From the NCBI GenBank assembly GCA_963726825.1, contig CAVSDT010000002.1:613341-677340 (forward strand): a DNA stretch of 64,000 nt, read 5' to 3'. The stretch comes from an uncultured Solirubrobacteraceae bacterium (lineage in GTDB: Bacteria > Actinomycetota > Thermoleophilia > Solirubrobacterales > Solirubrobacteraceae). Numbering within the stretch: the first letter of the stretch is position 1; the number at the start of each line of letters is the position of its first letter. Under the pieces are notes generated by a model. The model searched no databases, had not been told where the DNA came from, and was given only the letters and a program-made list of their open reading frames with translations. Of this stretch, positions 1-8,947 are shown one piece after another. The position numbers and the translations under genes are program-made.

Positions 1-683
1 GGCACCGTGATCCGCCAGAAGCGCTGCCAGGCCGTGGCGCCGTCGACCTTCGCCGCCTCGTGGAGGTCGTCGTTGACCAGGGCCAGGCCCGCGAGGAGCA
101 GCAGCGCCATGAACGGCGTGGTCTTCCACACCTCCGACAGGATCACGACGACGTAGGTCAGGAACGTGTTGGTCAGCGGGTCGGACTCCATCCCCAGCGC
201 CTTCGGGATGAAGCCGCCGTTGGCGCCCGACCACGCGAGCTGCCACGCGTAGGCGGCGACCACGGTGACGATGCCGTACGGGATCAGCGCGGACGTGCGC
301 ACGAGGCCGCGGCCGACGATCGCGCGGTGCATGACCAGCGCGAGCAGCATCCCGAGCACGAGCTCAAGGGCGACGGACACGACGGCGATGACGGCCGTGT
401 GCAGGACGTCGTTCCACCACAGCTTCGACGACAGCACCGTGACGTAGTTCGACAGGCCGATGAACGACCGGTTGTCGGGGAAGCGCAGATCCGCGCGCAG
501 CAGCGACAGGTAGAAGGCGTAGACGATCGGATACGCCGTCACCGCGAGCATCACGATCACGGCGGGCGCGCATAGCATCCAGCCGAGCTTGCGCTCGGCC
601 CGCGAGCGCGCCGACAGCTGCGGCTTCGGGGGCTTCTCGCTCTCGGCCACCTCGGCCGAGCCGGCGGCCTGCGCGGCGCTCAC
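1..683 (-). CDS. Sugar ABC transporter permease (MalF/UgpA type), partial; its 3' end runs off the window start
   Basis: It is absent from the ORF track because it is truncated by the window edge. The minus-strand frame opens with GTG at 683-681, which overlaps the TGA of the upstream binding-protein gene (GTGA). It reads ..RKLGWMLCAPAVIVMLAVTAYPIVYAFYLS.. with several hydrophobic spans and the ABC-permease EAA loop HEAAKVDGATAWQRFWRI. Confidence 0.85.
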   Translation of the reverse strand, partial: MSAAQAAGSAEVAESEKPPKPQLSARSRAERKLGWMLCAPAVIVMLAVTAYPIVYAFYLSLLRADLRFPDNRSFIGLSNYVTVLSSKLWWNDVLHTAVIAVVSVALELVLGMLLALVMHRAIVGRGLVRTSALIPYGIVTVVAAYAWQLAWSGANGGFIPKALGMESDPLTNTFLTYVVVILSEVWKTTPFMALLLLAGLALVNDDLHEAAKVDGATAWQRFWRITV

Positions 684-1921
684 AGCAGGCCCTTGGACTT
701 GAGGGCGTTGGCGACGCGCGTCTTCAGGTCAGCGGCCACGGTGGACACCTGCTTGATCGTCTGGGGTGGCGAGACCGTCTTGTACACCGCGAGGGACACG
801 TCGGCGTACAGCGGCGTGACCGGCCGCACCGCTGCGGTCTCGAGGGACTTGCGGATGTCCTCCGCGAAGGGGTACGCCTTCTGGAACGTCTTGTCGTCGT
901 AGAGCGAGGAGAGCGTCGGCGGCAGGCCGCCGTCGATCGCGAAGCCGCGCTGGTTCTTCGCGTCGCGCAAGCAGGTGGCGGCCTGGAAGGCCAGGTCGGA
1001 GTGCTTCGTGAAGGAGGAGACCCCCCAGTTGAAGCCGCCGATCGGCGCCTTGGCCGGCTTGCCCTCCTCGACCCCGGGATACGTGGTCCAGGCGATCTGC
1101 TTGAACAGCTTGGGGTTGTTCTCCTTCGCGCTGGCGTAGATGAAGGGGTAGTTGATCTGGAAGTCGGCCGCGCCGGTCTCGAAGGCGAGCCGGTTCTGGT
1201 CCTCCTTCTGGTTCTCGAGCGACGGGTCGGCCGCGGAGGAGTCCGCGAGCTGCTTCATCACCTTCAGCGCCGCCTCGGTCGGCGCCTGCTCCAGGCCGGC
1301 CTTGGTCGGCGACGCGAGGATGTTGCCGCCGGCCGACTGGATGAGCGAGTTGAACCACACCGTCGTGCCCTCGTACTGGGCGCCCTGGATCTCGACGCGG
1401 GTCTTGAGCTGCTCGGCCTGCTTGATCATCTCCGACCACGTCTTGGGCGGGGTCTTGACCCGGTCCTTGCGGTACCAGAGCAGCTGGGTGTTGGAGTTGG
1501 CCGGCGCCGCGTAGAGCTTGTCCTGGTAGGTCCCGGTCTCCAGCGGGCCGGCGAGCGTCCCCTTGGCGACGACGTCGCGGTACTTCTGCGGCCAGGGCTG
1601 GATCCACTTGGCCTCGGCGAACTCGGCGGTCCACACGACGTCCATGCTCATGATGTCGATCGAGGCGTCCTTGGCCGCGAGCCGCCGCACGAGCGACTGG
1701 CGCTGCGTGTCGGCGTCGTTGCCGAGCGCGTTGAAGGCGATCCTGTACTTGCCGCCCGACTCCTTCGTGCAGCGCTTGGCGGCCTTCACGAACGACCCTG
1801 ACGGCTCGTTGTAGGACCACCAGTTCAGCGTGGTGGTCTTCGAGCTGGACCCTCCACATCCGATTGCACCCGCACACAGCGCGAGCGCTGCGACGGGTGC
1901 GACTCCTCTCCAAGGCCGCAT
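680..1921 (-). CDS. ABC transporter extracellular solute-binding lipoprotein (family 1, sugar type)
   Basis: 413-aa ORF. The N-terminus MRPWRGVAPVAALALCAGAIGCGGSS looks like a lipoprotein signal peptide with a lipobox Cys. The sequence is family-1 SBP-like (LNWWSYNEP, DIMSMDVVW). A permease gene follows with a 4-nt overlap. Confidence 0.9.
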   Translation of the reverse strand: MRPWRGVAPVAALALCAGAIGCGGSSSKTTTLNWWSYNEPSGSFVKAAKRCTKESGGKYRIAFNALGNDADTQRQSLVRRLAAKDASIDIMSMDVVWTAEFAEAKWIQPWPQKYRDVVAKGTLAGPLETGTYQDKLYAAPANSNTQLLWYRKDRVKTPPKTWSEMIKQAEQLKTRVEIQGAQYEGTTVWFNSLIQSAGGNILASPTKAGLEQAPTEAALKVMKQLADSSAADPSLENQKEDQNRLAFETGAADFQINYPFIYASAKENNPKLFKQIAWTTYPGVEEGKPAKAPIGGFNWGVSSFTKHSDLAFQAATCLRDAKNQRGFAIDGGLPPTLSSLYDDKTFQKAYPFAEDIRKSLETAAVRPVTPLYADVSLAVYKTVSPPQTIKQVSTVAADLKTRVANALKSKGLL

Positions 1922-2064
1922 CGTGGGAACATAGCTCTGCGGTCAAGCGCTGCGGCGGACGGGGTCTCACGCCAGCTCCGACGCGCCAGGACCGCCCGCG
2001 TCGAGCGGCCCGCTCGTGCGGCGACCCGGCCTCCGCCGGGCCCGTTCGCTAGGTTGCCCGCTTC

Positions 2065-2973
2065 GTGCCGATTCGTCCCTCGACACGCGTGGCTGCTGTG
2101 CCGGCAGCCCTGCTGACGTTCGTCCTGCCTGGCCTGGCCTCCGCCGCTGAGGACCCGGGCGGCACCGCCGCGCCCGAGCCGGCAGTCGTCTCGACGGCGA
2201 CCTGCGCCGACGGGCGCGCCGGCGCCTGCGGCCCCGGCCGCAGGCTCACGTTCGGCGGCAGCGCGCTCGACGGCGTGACGAAGGTCGTCTTCCGCGGCGC
2301 CGCCGGCGCTGCGGACGATCGCGCCGCCGCGCCCGGCACCGTCACCGCCACGGCGGTCACCGTCACCGTCCCGGCCACCGCCCGCACGGGTGCCGTCAGC
2401 CTGATCGCCCCCGGTGGCGAGGCCCGCGCCGAGCCCGTCACGCTCGACCCGCCGAAGGCCCGCCCCGCCTCCGCCGACTTCGTCTTCCCCGTTCGTGGCA
2501 GGCACCGCATCGGCACCACCGCCGTCCAGCGCTTCGGCGGTGCGCGCGGGCACGAGGGGCAGGACGTCTTCGCGCGCTGCGGCGTCCCCGTCGTCGCCAA
2601 CGTCGCCGGCACGGTCAAGCTCGCCGAGTTCCAGGGCGCGGCGGGCAACTACGTCGTGGTCGACGGGGCCGACGGCCGCTCCTACGCCTTCATGCACCTG
2701 CGCCGGCCGGCGAGCGTCGCACCGGGCGACGCGGTCTACGCCGGCGAGCCCCTGGGCGAGGTCGGCGACACCGGCCGCGCCAGCGGCTGCCACCTCCACT
2801 TCGAGCTCTGGACGTCCCCCGGCTACTACGAGGGCGGCCACCCGGTCGACCCCCTCGGGGAGCTGCGCGCGTGGGAGAAGGCCGCCGCGGCCAAGGCGCG
2901 CCGGGCGCGCAAGGCGCGGAAGGCCCGCAAGGCCAGGGCCGCCCGGGCCGCGTTCGCCCCGGCGACCCGGTAG
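2065..2973 (+). CDS. Secreted M23/LytM-family peptidoglycan endopeptidase with a basic (K/R-A)n tail
   Basis: 302-aa ORF with a GTG start and a signal peptide (AALLTFVLPGLASAAE). M23 motifs are GHEGQDVF and GDTGRASGCHLHFE. The C-terminal tail is KARRARKARKARKARAARA. Confidence 0.85.
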   Translation: MPIRPSTRVAAVPAALLTFVLPGLASAAEDPGGTAAPEPAVVSTATCADGRAGACGPGRRLTFGGSALDGVTKVVFRGAAGAADDRAAAPGTVTATAVTVTVPATARTGAVSLIAPGGEARAEPVTLDPPKARPASADFVFPVRGRHRIGTTAVQRFGGARGHEGQDVFARCGVPVVANVAGTVKLAEFQGAAGNYVVVDGADGRSYAFMHLRRPASVAPGDAVYAGEPLGEVGDTGRASGCHLHFELWTSPGYYEGGHPVDPLGELRAWEKAAAAKARRARKARKARKARAARAAFAPATR

Positions 2974-4194
2974 CTACGTCGACGGCTCCGACGGCCGCCG
3001 GATGACGGCGCGCTCGAGCGTCGCGAACTGCAGCACGTCCTGCACGTAGGCGTCGGCGGCCTGCTGCAGGCCGACGTCGTGGCCGGCCTTCTCCGACTCG
3101 AACCAGCGGTGCTGGAGCACCTCGTGGAAGACCTCGGCCGGTTCTCGCCGGTCGAACAGCTCGGGGGGGACGGCCGCGATGACCGGCTCGAAGACCTCGC
3201 CGCGCCACCTGAAGGCCGCGACGGAGTCGGGCAGGGGCCGGCCGGTCTCCTGCTCCAGCCGGGCCTTGAACGTCCGCAGGTCGTTGAGCATCCGGCAGGC
3301 CTGGTTCTCCTGCGCCCGCAGGCCGGTCAGCATGAACAGGTGACGCTGGTGGTGGCCGGGTTCGACGACGTGCGGGTCGAGCCGCAGCCGGAACCCCCCG
3401 GGGCTGGCGACGAGCTCGATCTCGGCGACGTCGTAGCCGAGCTCGTTGAGGCGCGCGAGGCGCTCGTCGACGCGGTGGCGCTCGCCCGGCCCGAACTCCT
3501 CCTCACGGGTGAGCTCCGACCACAGGTCGTCGTAGCGGCGGCGCAGCTCCCAGGCGGTCTCGACGGGATCGAGCTCGGCGGGGTCGAGCCCGAACTCGGC
3601 CATCACGTCGAAGAGCTCGCCGGCGATGTTCGTCTCCGCCAGCTGGAGGTCGTGGTCGCGCTGCCCCGCGGTGAGGGCGGAGTGCATCTCGCCCGTCTCC
3701 GCGTCGACGAGGTAGGCGGTGAGGGTGCCGGCGTCGCGGCGGAACAGCGCGTTCGACAGCGAGCAGTCGCCCCAGAAGAACCCGCCCAGGTGCAGCCGCG
3801 TGAGCAGGCCGGCGAGGGCGTTGAGCAGCTGGGGGCGCAGCTCGTCGGGCCCGCGCCGCGAGAACAGGAAGCGGTAGGGGACCGAGAACTCGAGGTGGCG
3901 GGTGATCAGGACGGCCTGGAGGCCCGCGCCGCGGTCGTGGACGTAGCCGACGACGTCGACCGCCGGGACGGACTCCTCGGCGAGGCGCCCGAGCAGCCGG
4001 TACTCGCGCTCGGCGAGCTTGCGCGGGAGCTCCTTGAGCGCGAACAGCACGCCGTCGGCCTCGACGAAGCGCACGACGTGGCGGTGCACCCCGCGCATCA
4101 CCTCGACGGTGAGGGTGTCCTCCCAGTCGGCGAGGGGGCGCTCCCAGGGGAGGTCGAGGAAGTCGGGGTTGCCGGTGCGGGCGGTGATCTGCAC
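2974..4194 (-). CDS. DUF4032-type protein with an N-terminal RIO/Kdo-kinase-like fold
   Basis: 406-aa ORF with a GTG start at 4194. The N-terminal half has kinase-like segments (FALKELPRKLAEREYRLL, AYLVDAETGE). The overall sequence matches my recollection of actinobacterial DUF4032 proteins. The family call is from memory and was not searched. Confidence 0.75.
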   Translation of the reverse strand: MQITARTGNPDFLDLPWERPLADWEDTLTVEVMRGVHRHVVRFVEADGVLFALKELPRKLAEREYRLLGRLAEESVPAVDVVGYVHDRGAGLQAVLITRHLEFSVPYRFLFSRRGPDELRPQLLNALAGLLTRLHLGGFFWGDCSLSNALFRRDAGTLTAYLVDAETGEMHSALTAGQRDHDLQLAETNIAGELFDVMAEFGLDPAELDPVETAWELRRRYDDLWSELTREEEFGPGERHRVDERLARLNELGYDVAEIELVASPGGFRLRLDPHVVEPGHHQRHLFMLTGLRAQENQACRMLNDLRTFKARLEQETGRPLPDSVAAFRWRGEVFEPVIAAVPPELFDRREPAEVFHEVLQHRWFESEKAGHDVGLQQAADAYVQDVLQFATLERAVIRRPSEPST

Positions 4195-4233
4195 GTGTGT
4201 TGGTGATTGTGGACCTTCTGCGTCCGGCGACGC

Positions 4234-4420
4234 GAAGACCGGCCCTCTTCAGCGGGGGACCGAGCCCTCATTCCACTGAAGAGGACCGGCCTTCACGCCG
4301 CCTGAGCGAGATGTGGACGACCGTCCCGCTCTGCATCTCCGCCGGACCTCTGGATGAGCGTGGCGGCGGGCGGGCTCCTCCCGGCGGAATCAGGGCTCGG
4401 TCCCCCGACGGAGGAGCCCG
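4234..4420. promoter_or_regulatory. Pair of stem-loops whose loops are reverse complements of each other, in a divergent intergenic region
   Basis: Stem-loop 1 has arms 4234-4252 / 4276-4294: 19 bp with 2 mismatches that become G-U pairs on the minus-strand RNA. Stem-loop 2 has arms 4371-4381 / 4410-4420: 11 bp, perfect. Loop segment 4253-4268 is the exact reverse complement of 4392-4407 (16/16). The match is 22/26 over 4253-4278 vs 4382-4407. Confidence 0.6.
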
Positions 4421-4485
4421 TTCGTCGCCGCGCGGCGACGAGGGTCGACACGAGGAGCTCTGCGGGCGCCTGTCATCCTGCGAGC

Positions 4486-5544
4486 GTGGCCAAGTCCGAG
4501 GGCACCGAGATCGACGCCGGCGGCCGCGCGGTCCGCGTGTCCAGTCCCGACCGGGTGATCTTCCCCGCGACGGAGCGCACCGCCGAGGTCACCAAGGTGA
4601 TGGTCGCGGAGTACTTCGTCGCCGTCGGTGACGGGCTGATGCGTGCGTTGCACGAGCGGCCCACCACCCTCGAGCGCTGGCCCAAGGGGGTGCTGGAGGG
4701 GATCGTGCTCTCCACCCGGTCCGAGCGCGGCGGCGACGCCTTCTACCAGAAGCGGATCCCCCAGGGCGCCCCCGACTACGTGGAGACCGCGCGGATCGAG
4801 TTCCCCTCCGGGCGCTCCGCCGACGAGGTCTGCCCGACGGAGATCGCCGTCGCCGCTTGGTGCGCGCACATGGGGACGATCACGTTCCACCCCTGGCCGG
4901 TGCGGCGCGCCGACGTCGACCATCCCGACGAGCTGCGCATCGACCTCGACCCGCAGCCGGGGACGGACTTCGCGGACGCGGTGCGCGCGGCCGGGGTGGC
5001 GCGCGAGCTGTTCGCCGACCTCGGGATGCGCGCGTTCGTCAAGACGAGCGGCAACCGCGGCATCCACATGTTCGTGCGCATCGAGCCGCGCTGGACGTTC
5101 ACGGAGGTCCGCCACGCGGCGATCGCCTTCGGCCGCGAGCTGGGCCGGCGCACGCCGGGGGTGACGACGAAGTGGTGGAAGGAGGAGCGCGGCGAGGCGA
5201 TCTTCGTCGACTACAACCAGAACGCCCGCGACCGGACGATCGCGAGCGCCTACTCCTTGCGCGCCAAGCCCGGCGCGCCCGTGTCCTGCCCGGTGGACTG
5301 GGACGAGCTTCCCGAGATCGCCGACCCGTTCGACTTCAACCTCCACACGGTGCCGGAGCGCTTCGCGCAGTGCGGCGACCTCTGGGCGGAGATCGACGAC
5401 GTCCAGCACTCGCTGCAGCCCTTGCTGGACCTCTACGAGACCCAGGGCGAGGGCGACATGCCGTATCCGCCCGAGTACCCGAAGATGCCGGGCGAGCCCA
5501 AGCGCGTGCAGCCCTCGCGCGACACCGACCGACCCGTCCCGTGA
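4486..5544 (+). CDS. Stand-alone LigD-type polymerase/primase domain protein (NHEJ polymerase, AEP superfamily)
   Basis: The longest ORF begins at 4354, but homology begins near EIDAGGRAVRVSSPDRVIFP, so the in-frame GTG at 4486 is the most plausible start. Motifs are ELRIDLDP, FVKTSGNRGIHMFVRI, FVDYNQNARDRT and SAYSLRA. No ligase or Ku gene lies next to it. Confidence 0.85.
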   Translation: MAKSEGTEIDAGGRAVRVSSPDRVIFPATERTAEVTKVMVAEYFVAVGDGLMRALHERPTTLERWPKGVLEGIVLSTRSERGGDAFYQKRIPQGAPDYVETARIEFPSGRSADEVCPTEIAVAAWCAHMGTITFHPWPVRRADVDHPDELRIDLDPQPGTDFADAVRAAGVARELFADLGMRAFVKTSGNRGIHMFVRIEPRWTFTEVRHAAIAFGRELGRRTPGVTTKWWKEERGEAIFVDYNQNARDRTIASAYSLRAKPGAPVSCPVDWDELPEIADPFDFNLHTVPERFAQCGDLWAEIDDVQHSLQPLLDLYETQGEGDMPYPPEYPKMPGEPKRVQPSRDTDRPVP

Positions 5545-5697
5545 TGCGTCCTCCCGGGTCGCGGTGTACACTCCGGAACGTGGCCGATCGGGTCGCGGAG
5601 CGACAGGACGTGACGATCCGGGCGTCGGCAAGCGCCCGAGCTCGTTCGTCGGCCGGTCGCCGCGGTCCTGCGGACAGCTCCTGACCGCGACGGGCGT

Positions 5698-5713
5698 GCG
5701 AACGTCCGTTCCC
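5698..5713 (+). promoter_or_regulatory. LexA (SOS) box upstream of uvrB
   Basis: The site GCGAACGTCCGTTCCC contains the Gram-positive/actinobacterial core GAAC-N4-GTTC. It ends 21 nt before the uvrB ATG and is followed by a -10-like TATCCT (5719-5724). The identical 13-mer CGAACGTCCGTTC precedes uvrA. Confidence 0.75.
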
Positions 5714-5733
5714 CTGCCTATCCTGGGACGTCG

Positions 5734-7737
5734 ATGCCGCCCTTCAAGCTCGACGCCGTCTACAGCCCCACCGCGGACCAGCCGAAGGCCATCGCCCAGC
5801 TGAAGGAGTCGATCGAGGCGGGTGAGCGCTACTCCACGCTGCTGGGCGCCACGGGCACCGGCAAGACGATGACGATGGCCGCCACGATCGAGGCCGTGCA
5901 GCGCCCGTCGCTGATCCTCGCGCACAACAAGACGCTCGCCGCCCAGCTGTGCAACGAGTTCCGCACGTACTTCCCGACGAACGCCGTCGAGTACTTCGTC
6001 TCCTACTACGACTACTACCAGCCCGAGGCCTACGTCCCCTCGCGGGACCTCTACATCGAGAAGGACTCGGCGATCAACCAGGAGATCGACCGCCTTCGCC
6101 ACGCCGCCACGGCCGCGCTGTTCGCCCGCCGCGACGTGATCATCGTCGCCTCCGTCTCGGCGATCTTCGGCCTCGGCTCGCCGGACACCTACAACGAGAA
6201 CTGCGTCATCCTGCTCAAGGGCGGGGAGATGGACCGCGACTGGCTGCTGCGCAAGCTCGTCTCGCTGCAGTACACCCGCAACGACACGGCGCTGGCCCGC
6301 GGCACGTTCCGCGTCCGCGGGGACACGCTGGAGGTCTTCCCGGCCTACGCCGAGACCGCCTTCCGCGCCTCCTTCTTCGGTGACGAGGTCGAGCGCCTGC
6401 AGCACTTCGACCCCCTGACGGGCGAGCTGATCGTCGACGACCTCGAGCACGTCGCGATCTGGCCGGCCACGCACTACAACGTCAAGGAGGGCTCGATCGA
6501 GGCGGCGGTCGCCGAGATCGGCGAGGAGCTCAACCAGCGCTGCAACGAGCTCGAGGCCGAGGGCAAGCTGCTCGAGTCCCACCGCCTGCGCCAGCGCACC
6601 CAGTACGACATGGAGATGCTGCGCGAGGTCGGGTTCTGCTCCGGCATCGAGAACTACTCGCGCATCCTCGACGGGCGCGAGATGGGCGCCCGGCCGTACT
6701 GCCTGATCGACTACTTCCCCGAGGACTTCGTCTGCTTCATCGACGAGTCCCACCAGACCACGCCGCAGATCGGCGGGATGTACGAGGGCGACCGCTCGCG
6801 CAAGCAGACGCTCGTCGACTACGGGTTCCGCCTCCCGTCGGCGATGGACAACCGGCCGCAGACCTTCGACGAGTTCCTCTCCATCACCCCGCAGATCTGC
6901 TTCGTCTCCGCGACACCGGGCCAGTACGAGCGCACGCACTCGAAGAAGATCGTCGAGCAGATCGTGCGCCCGACGGGCATCATCGACCCGCCGGTCGACG
7001 TGCGCGAGACGAAGAACCAGATCGACGACCTGATGTCGGAGATCCGCAAGGTCGTCGAGCGGGAGGAGCGCACGCTCGTCACGACGCTCACGAAGAAGAT
7101 GTCCGAGGACCTCACGGACTACCTGCTCGAGATGGGCTTCAAGGTCCGCTACCTCCACTCGGAGATCGACACGCTCGAGCGGATCCAGATCATCCGCGCG
7201 CTGCGCCTGGGCGAGTTCGACGTCCTGGTCGGCGTCAACCTGCTGCGCGAGGGGCTCGACCTCCCGGAGGTCTCGCTGGTGGCGATCCTCGACGCCGACA
7301 AGGAGGGCTTCCTGCGTGGGGAGACCTCCCTGATCCAGACGATCGGCCGTGCGGCCCGCAACATCGACGGGCGCGTGATCATGTACGCCGACAAGCAGTC
7401 GGCGGCCATGACCGCCGCGCTGGAGGAGACCGACCGCCGCCGCGAGATCCAGGTCGCCTACAACACCGAGCACGGCATCACGCCAGAGACGATCGTCAAG
7501 GGCATCTCCGACATCGGCGAGTTCCTGATGGGCGACTCGAAGGTGCCGAAGAAGGGTCGCCGCTCCCGCAAGCGCGAGACGGACATGTCACCGGAGCAGC
7601 TCGAGACGACGATCGTCGAGCTCGAGGAGGAGATGCTCGCCGCAGCCGAGGACCTGCGCTTCGAGTACGCGGCCAAGCTGCGCGACGAGATCCGTGAGAT
7701 GCGCCGCGAGCTCGACGCCGCGCGCGAGCCGGCCTAG
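5734..7737 (+). CDS. uvrB: Excinuclease ABC subunit B
   Basis: 667-aa ORF with Walker A GATGTGKT, helicase motifs, and the C-terminal UVR coiled-coil ([19 protein letters not shown]). Confidence 0.98.
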   Translation: MPPFKLDAVYSPTADQPKAIAQLKESIEAGERYSTLLGATGTGKTMTMAATIEAVQRPSLILAHNKTLAAQLCNEFRTYFPTNAVEYFVSYYDYYQPEAYVPSRDLYIEKDSAINQEIDRLRHAATAALFARRDVIIVASVSAIFGLGSPDTYNENCVILLKGGEMDRDWLLRKLVSLQYTRNDTALARGTFRVRGDTLEVFPAYAETAFRASFFGDEVERLQHFDPLTGELIVDDLEHVAIWPATHYNVKEGSIEAAVAEIGEELNQRCNELEAEGKLLESHRLRQRTQYDMEMLREVGFCSGIENYSRILDGREMGARPYCLIDYFPEDFVCFIDESHQTTPQIGGMYEGDRSRKQTLVDYGFRLPSAMDNRPQTFDEFLSITPQICFVSATPGQYERTHSKKIVEQIVRPTGIIDPPVDVRETKNQIDDLMSEIRKVVEREERTLVTTLTKKMSEDLTDYLLEMGFKVRYLHSEIDTLERIQIIRALRLGEFDVLVGVNLLREGLDLPEVSLVAILDADKEGFLRGETSLIQTIGRAARNIDGRVIMYADKQSAAMTAALEETDRRREIQVAYNTEHGITPETIVKGISDIGEFLMGDSKVPKKGRRSRKRETDMSPEQLETTIVELEEEMLAAAEDLRFEYAAKLRDEIREMRRELDAAREPA

Positions 7738-8807
7738 GAGCCGGGCGGCTCGGACGCGGCGCGCCGTCGCGAGCGGGCGGCGAGCGCCGCCGTCGCCGCG
7801 CGCGAGCGAGGTCGGCCCGTGCCCGCCACGGCGAAGTCCAGCGGCTCGTCGCGCGCCCCGAACCAGTACTTGTAGCCCTCGGCGCCACGGCCGAAGTCGA
7901 ACCGCCCGCGGCCGGCCTCGATGCTCGTGCGGATGCCGTGGCCGACGGCGATCTTGCCCAGGCCCAGCGACGCGTGGTCGGGGTCGAAGCCGCCGAGGTA
8001 CCAGTGGAAGGCGCTTGGATCGGCGAAGTTGACGTAGCTGCCGACGACCTCGCCGTCGCGGACGAACTCCCACAGGAGGCCCTGGCCCACGGGCACGAGC
8101 TCGCGCAGGACGTCGCGGACGAAGGCGGGGAAGGCGGGCGTGCGGTGCAGCGGGTCGAGCGTGCGGCCGGTGGCGGCCCACTGGCGTAGGCGCAGGGCCT
8201 GCCAGCGCTCGACGGCGGGGCCGAGCGCCACCGGGTCGGTGACGGGGCGCAGGCGCACCTCGTCCTCGTCGAGCCGGCGCAGATGGCGGCGCAGGTTGCG
8301 CCGGTGCCCCGAGCCGAGCGTGGCGAGGTAGGCGTCGAAGCTGACGGGCAGCGCCAGCGCGGGGGAGGGGACGGCGGGGAGCCCGTGCACGCGCAGGCCG
8401 GCCGCGACGGCGCCGGCTGCCGGTTCCGCGCCCGCGGACAGGCAGCGCAGGCTCCAGGCGTCCCAGTCGCGCCGGTGCCGCGCCAGCGCGGCGGCGACGG
8501 CGTGGGCGACCTCCGAGCCGCGGCCGGGCTCGGCGAGCAGCTCCCACCGGTCGCCCGGCTCGACGCCGACGGGCTCCAGCACGCGCAGGGGCCCCTTGCG
8601 CCGGCGCGCGAGCGCCGCCAGCCCGGCGACCCGCCCGTGGTCGCGGGCGACGACGAGCCACGAGTCCGCTCCGGCCCCGAAGTGCGGCCACCAGGCGCGC
8701 GCCCATCCCGCCGAGCTGAAGGGGGTCGCCCGCGGAAGGCCGGCGTGCAGGCGGGTCCAGTCCGCGAGCAGGTCCTCCCACGGACCTCGGTGGACCTCTG
8801 CGCGCAT
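7734..8807 (-). CDS. GNAT-fold acyltransferase of the FemAB/CelD/BioF2-like type (Acetyltransf_6-like)
   Basis: The ORF spans 7734..8888, and the internal ATG at 8807 ([17 protein letters not shown]) is the likely start. Its features match CelD-like proteins: [15 protein letters not shown], the YL..L....RRNLRR segment, and C-terminal [33 protein letters not shown]. Confidence 0.75.
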   Translation of the reverse strand: MRAEVHRGPWEDLLADWTRLHAGLPRATPFSSAGWARAWWPHFGAGADSWLVVARDHGRVAGLAALARRRKGPLRVLEPVGVEPGDRWELLAEPGRGSEVAHAVAAALARHRRDWDAWSLRCLSAGAEPAAGAVAAGLRVHGLPAVPSPALALPVSFDAYLATLGSGHRRNLRRHLRRLDEDEVRLRPVTDPVALGPAVERWQALRLRQWAATGRTLDPLHRTPAFPAFVRDVLRELVPVGQGLLWEFVRDGEVVGSYVNFADPSAFHWYLGGFDPDHASLGLGKIAVGHGIRTSIEAGRGRFDFGRGAEGYKYWFGARDEPLDFAVAGTGRPRSRAATAALAARSRRRAASEPPGS

Positions 8808-8947
8808 CGCCGCGCAGGGTATGCGCCGGTGCGCTGCGGCGCGCCCGCGCCTGCCATCCTGTGCCGCAATGAGATGCGGCGTTGCCACTCGCCGGAGGTG
8901 AAGCTCCGTTCCGGGCCGGCGCCCGGGGCAGCGGGGAGCAGGCGGGC

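Noticed and set aside
4253-4407. The 6C RNA family (an actinobacterial sRNA with two C-rich hairpin loops) as an explanation for the paired hairpins.
   Set aside because: 6C needs two C-rich loops on the same strand. Here one loop is C-rich and the other G-rich on any given strand, because the loops are complementary rather than similar in cis.
4354-4485. The ATG at 4354 as the start of the LigD-polymerase gene (the longest ORF).
   Set aside because: The 44 extra residues (MSVAAGGLLPAESGLGPPTEEPVRRRAATRV..) have no counterpart in the LigD polymerase domains I know. They would also place the 11-bp-stem hairpin inside the coding sequence. GTG 4486 fits the domain boundary. This remains unproven without N-terminal data.
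4390-7473. Very long ORFs antisense to, or out of frame with, conserved genes. Examples are 4390..7473(-), 7496..10144(-), 25040..27358(-), 29490..32201(-), 35094..37988(+), 35716..38646(-), 49585..52041(-), 55808..58600(-) and 60056..61738(-).
   Set aside because: They overlap unambiguous genes (uvrB, M32, uvrA, pit/panB/panC, hppA and others). Their translations are Arg/Pro/Gly-rich low-complexity strings with no recognisable motifs. Stop codons are rare in all six frames at this GC content, so ORF length alone means nothing here.
7734-7737. Four convergent gene pairs share a palindromic CTAG in which both strands read TAG as their stop (7734-7737, 34203-34206, 51552-51555, 62802-62805).
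   Set aside because: It is striking at first sight but probably a by-product. In GC-rich DNA an ORF runs on until the first AT-containing triplet, and a neighbour's C-TAG supplies a TAG on the opposite strand one base out of register. The C-terminal tails involved look like low-complexity read-through. I therefore did not treat it as a designed signal.
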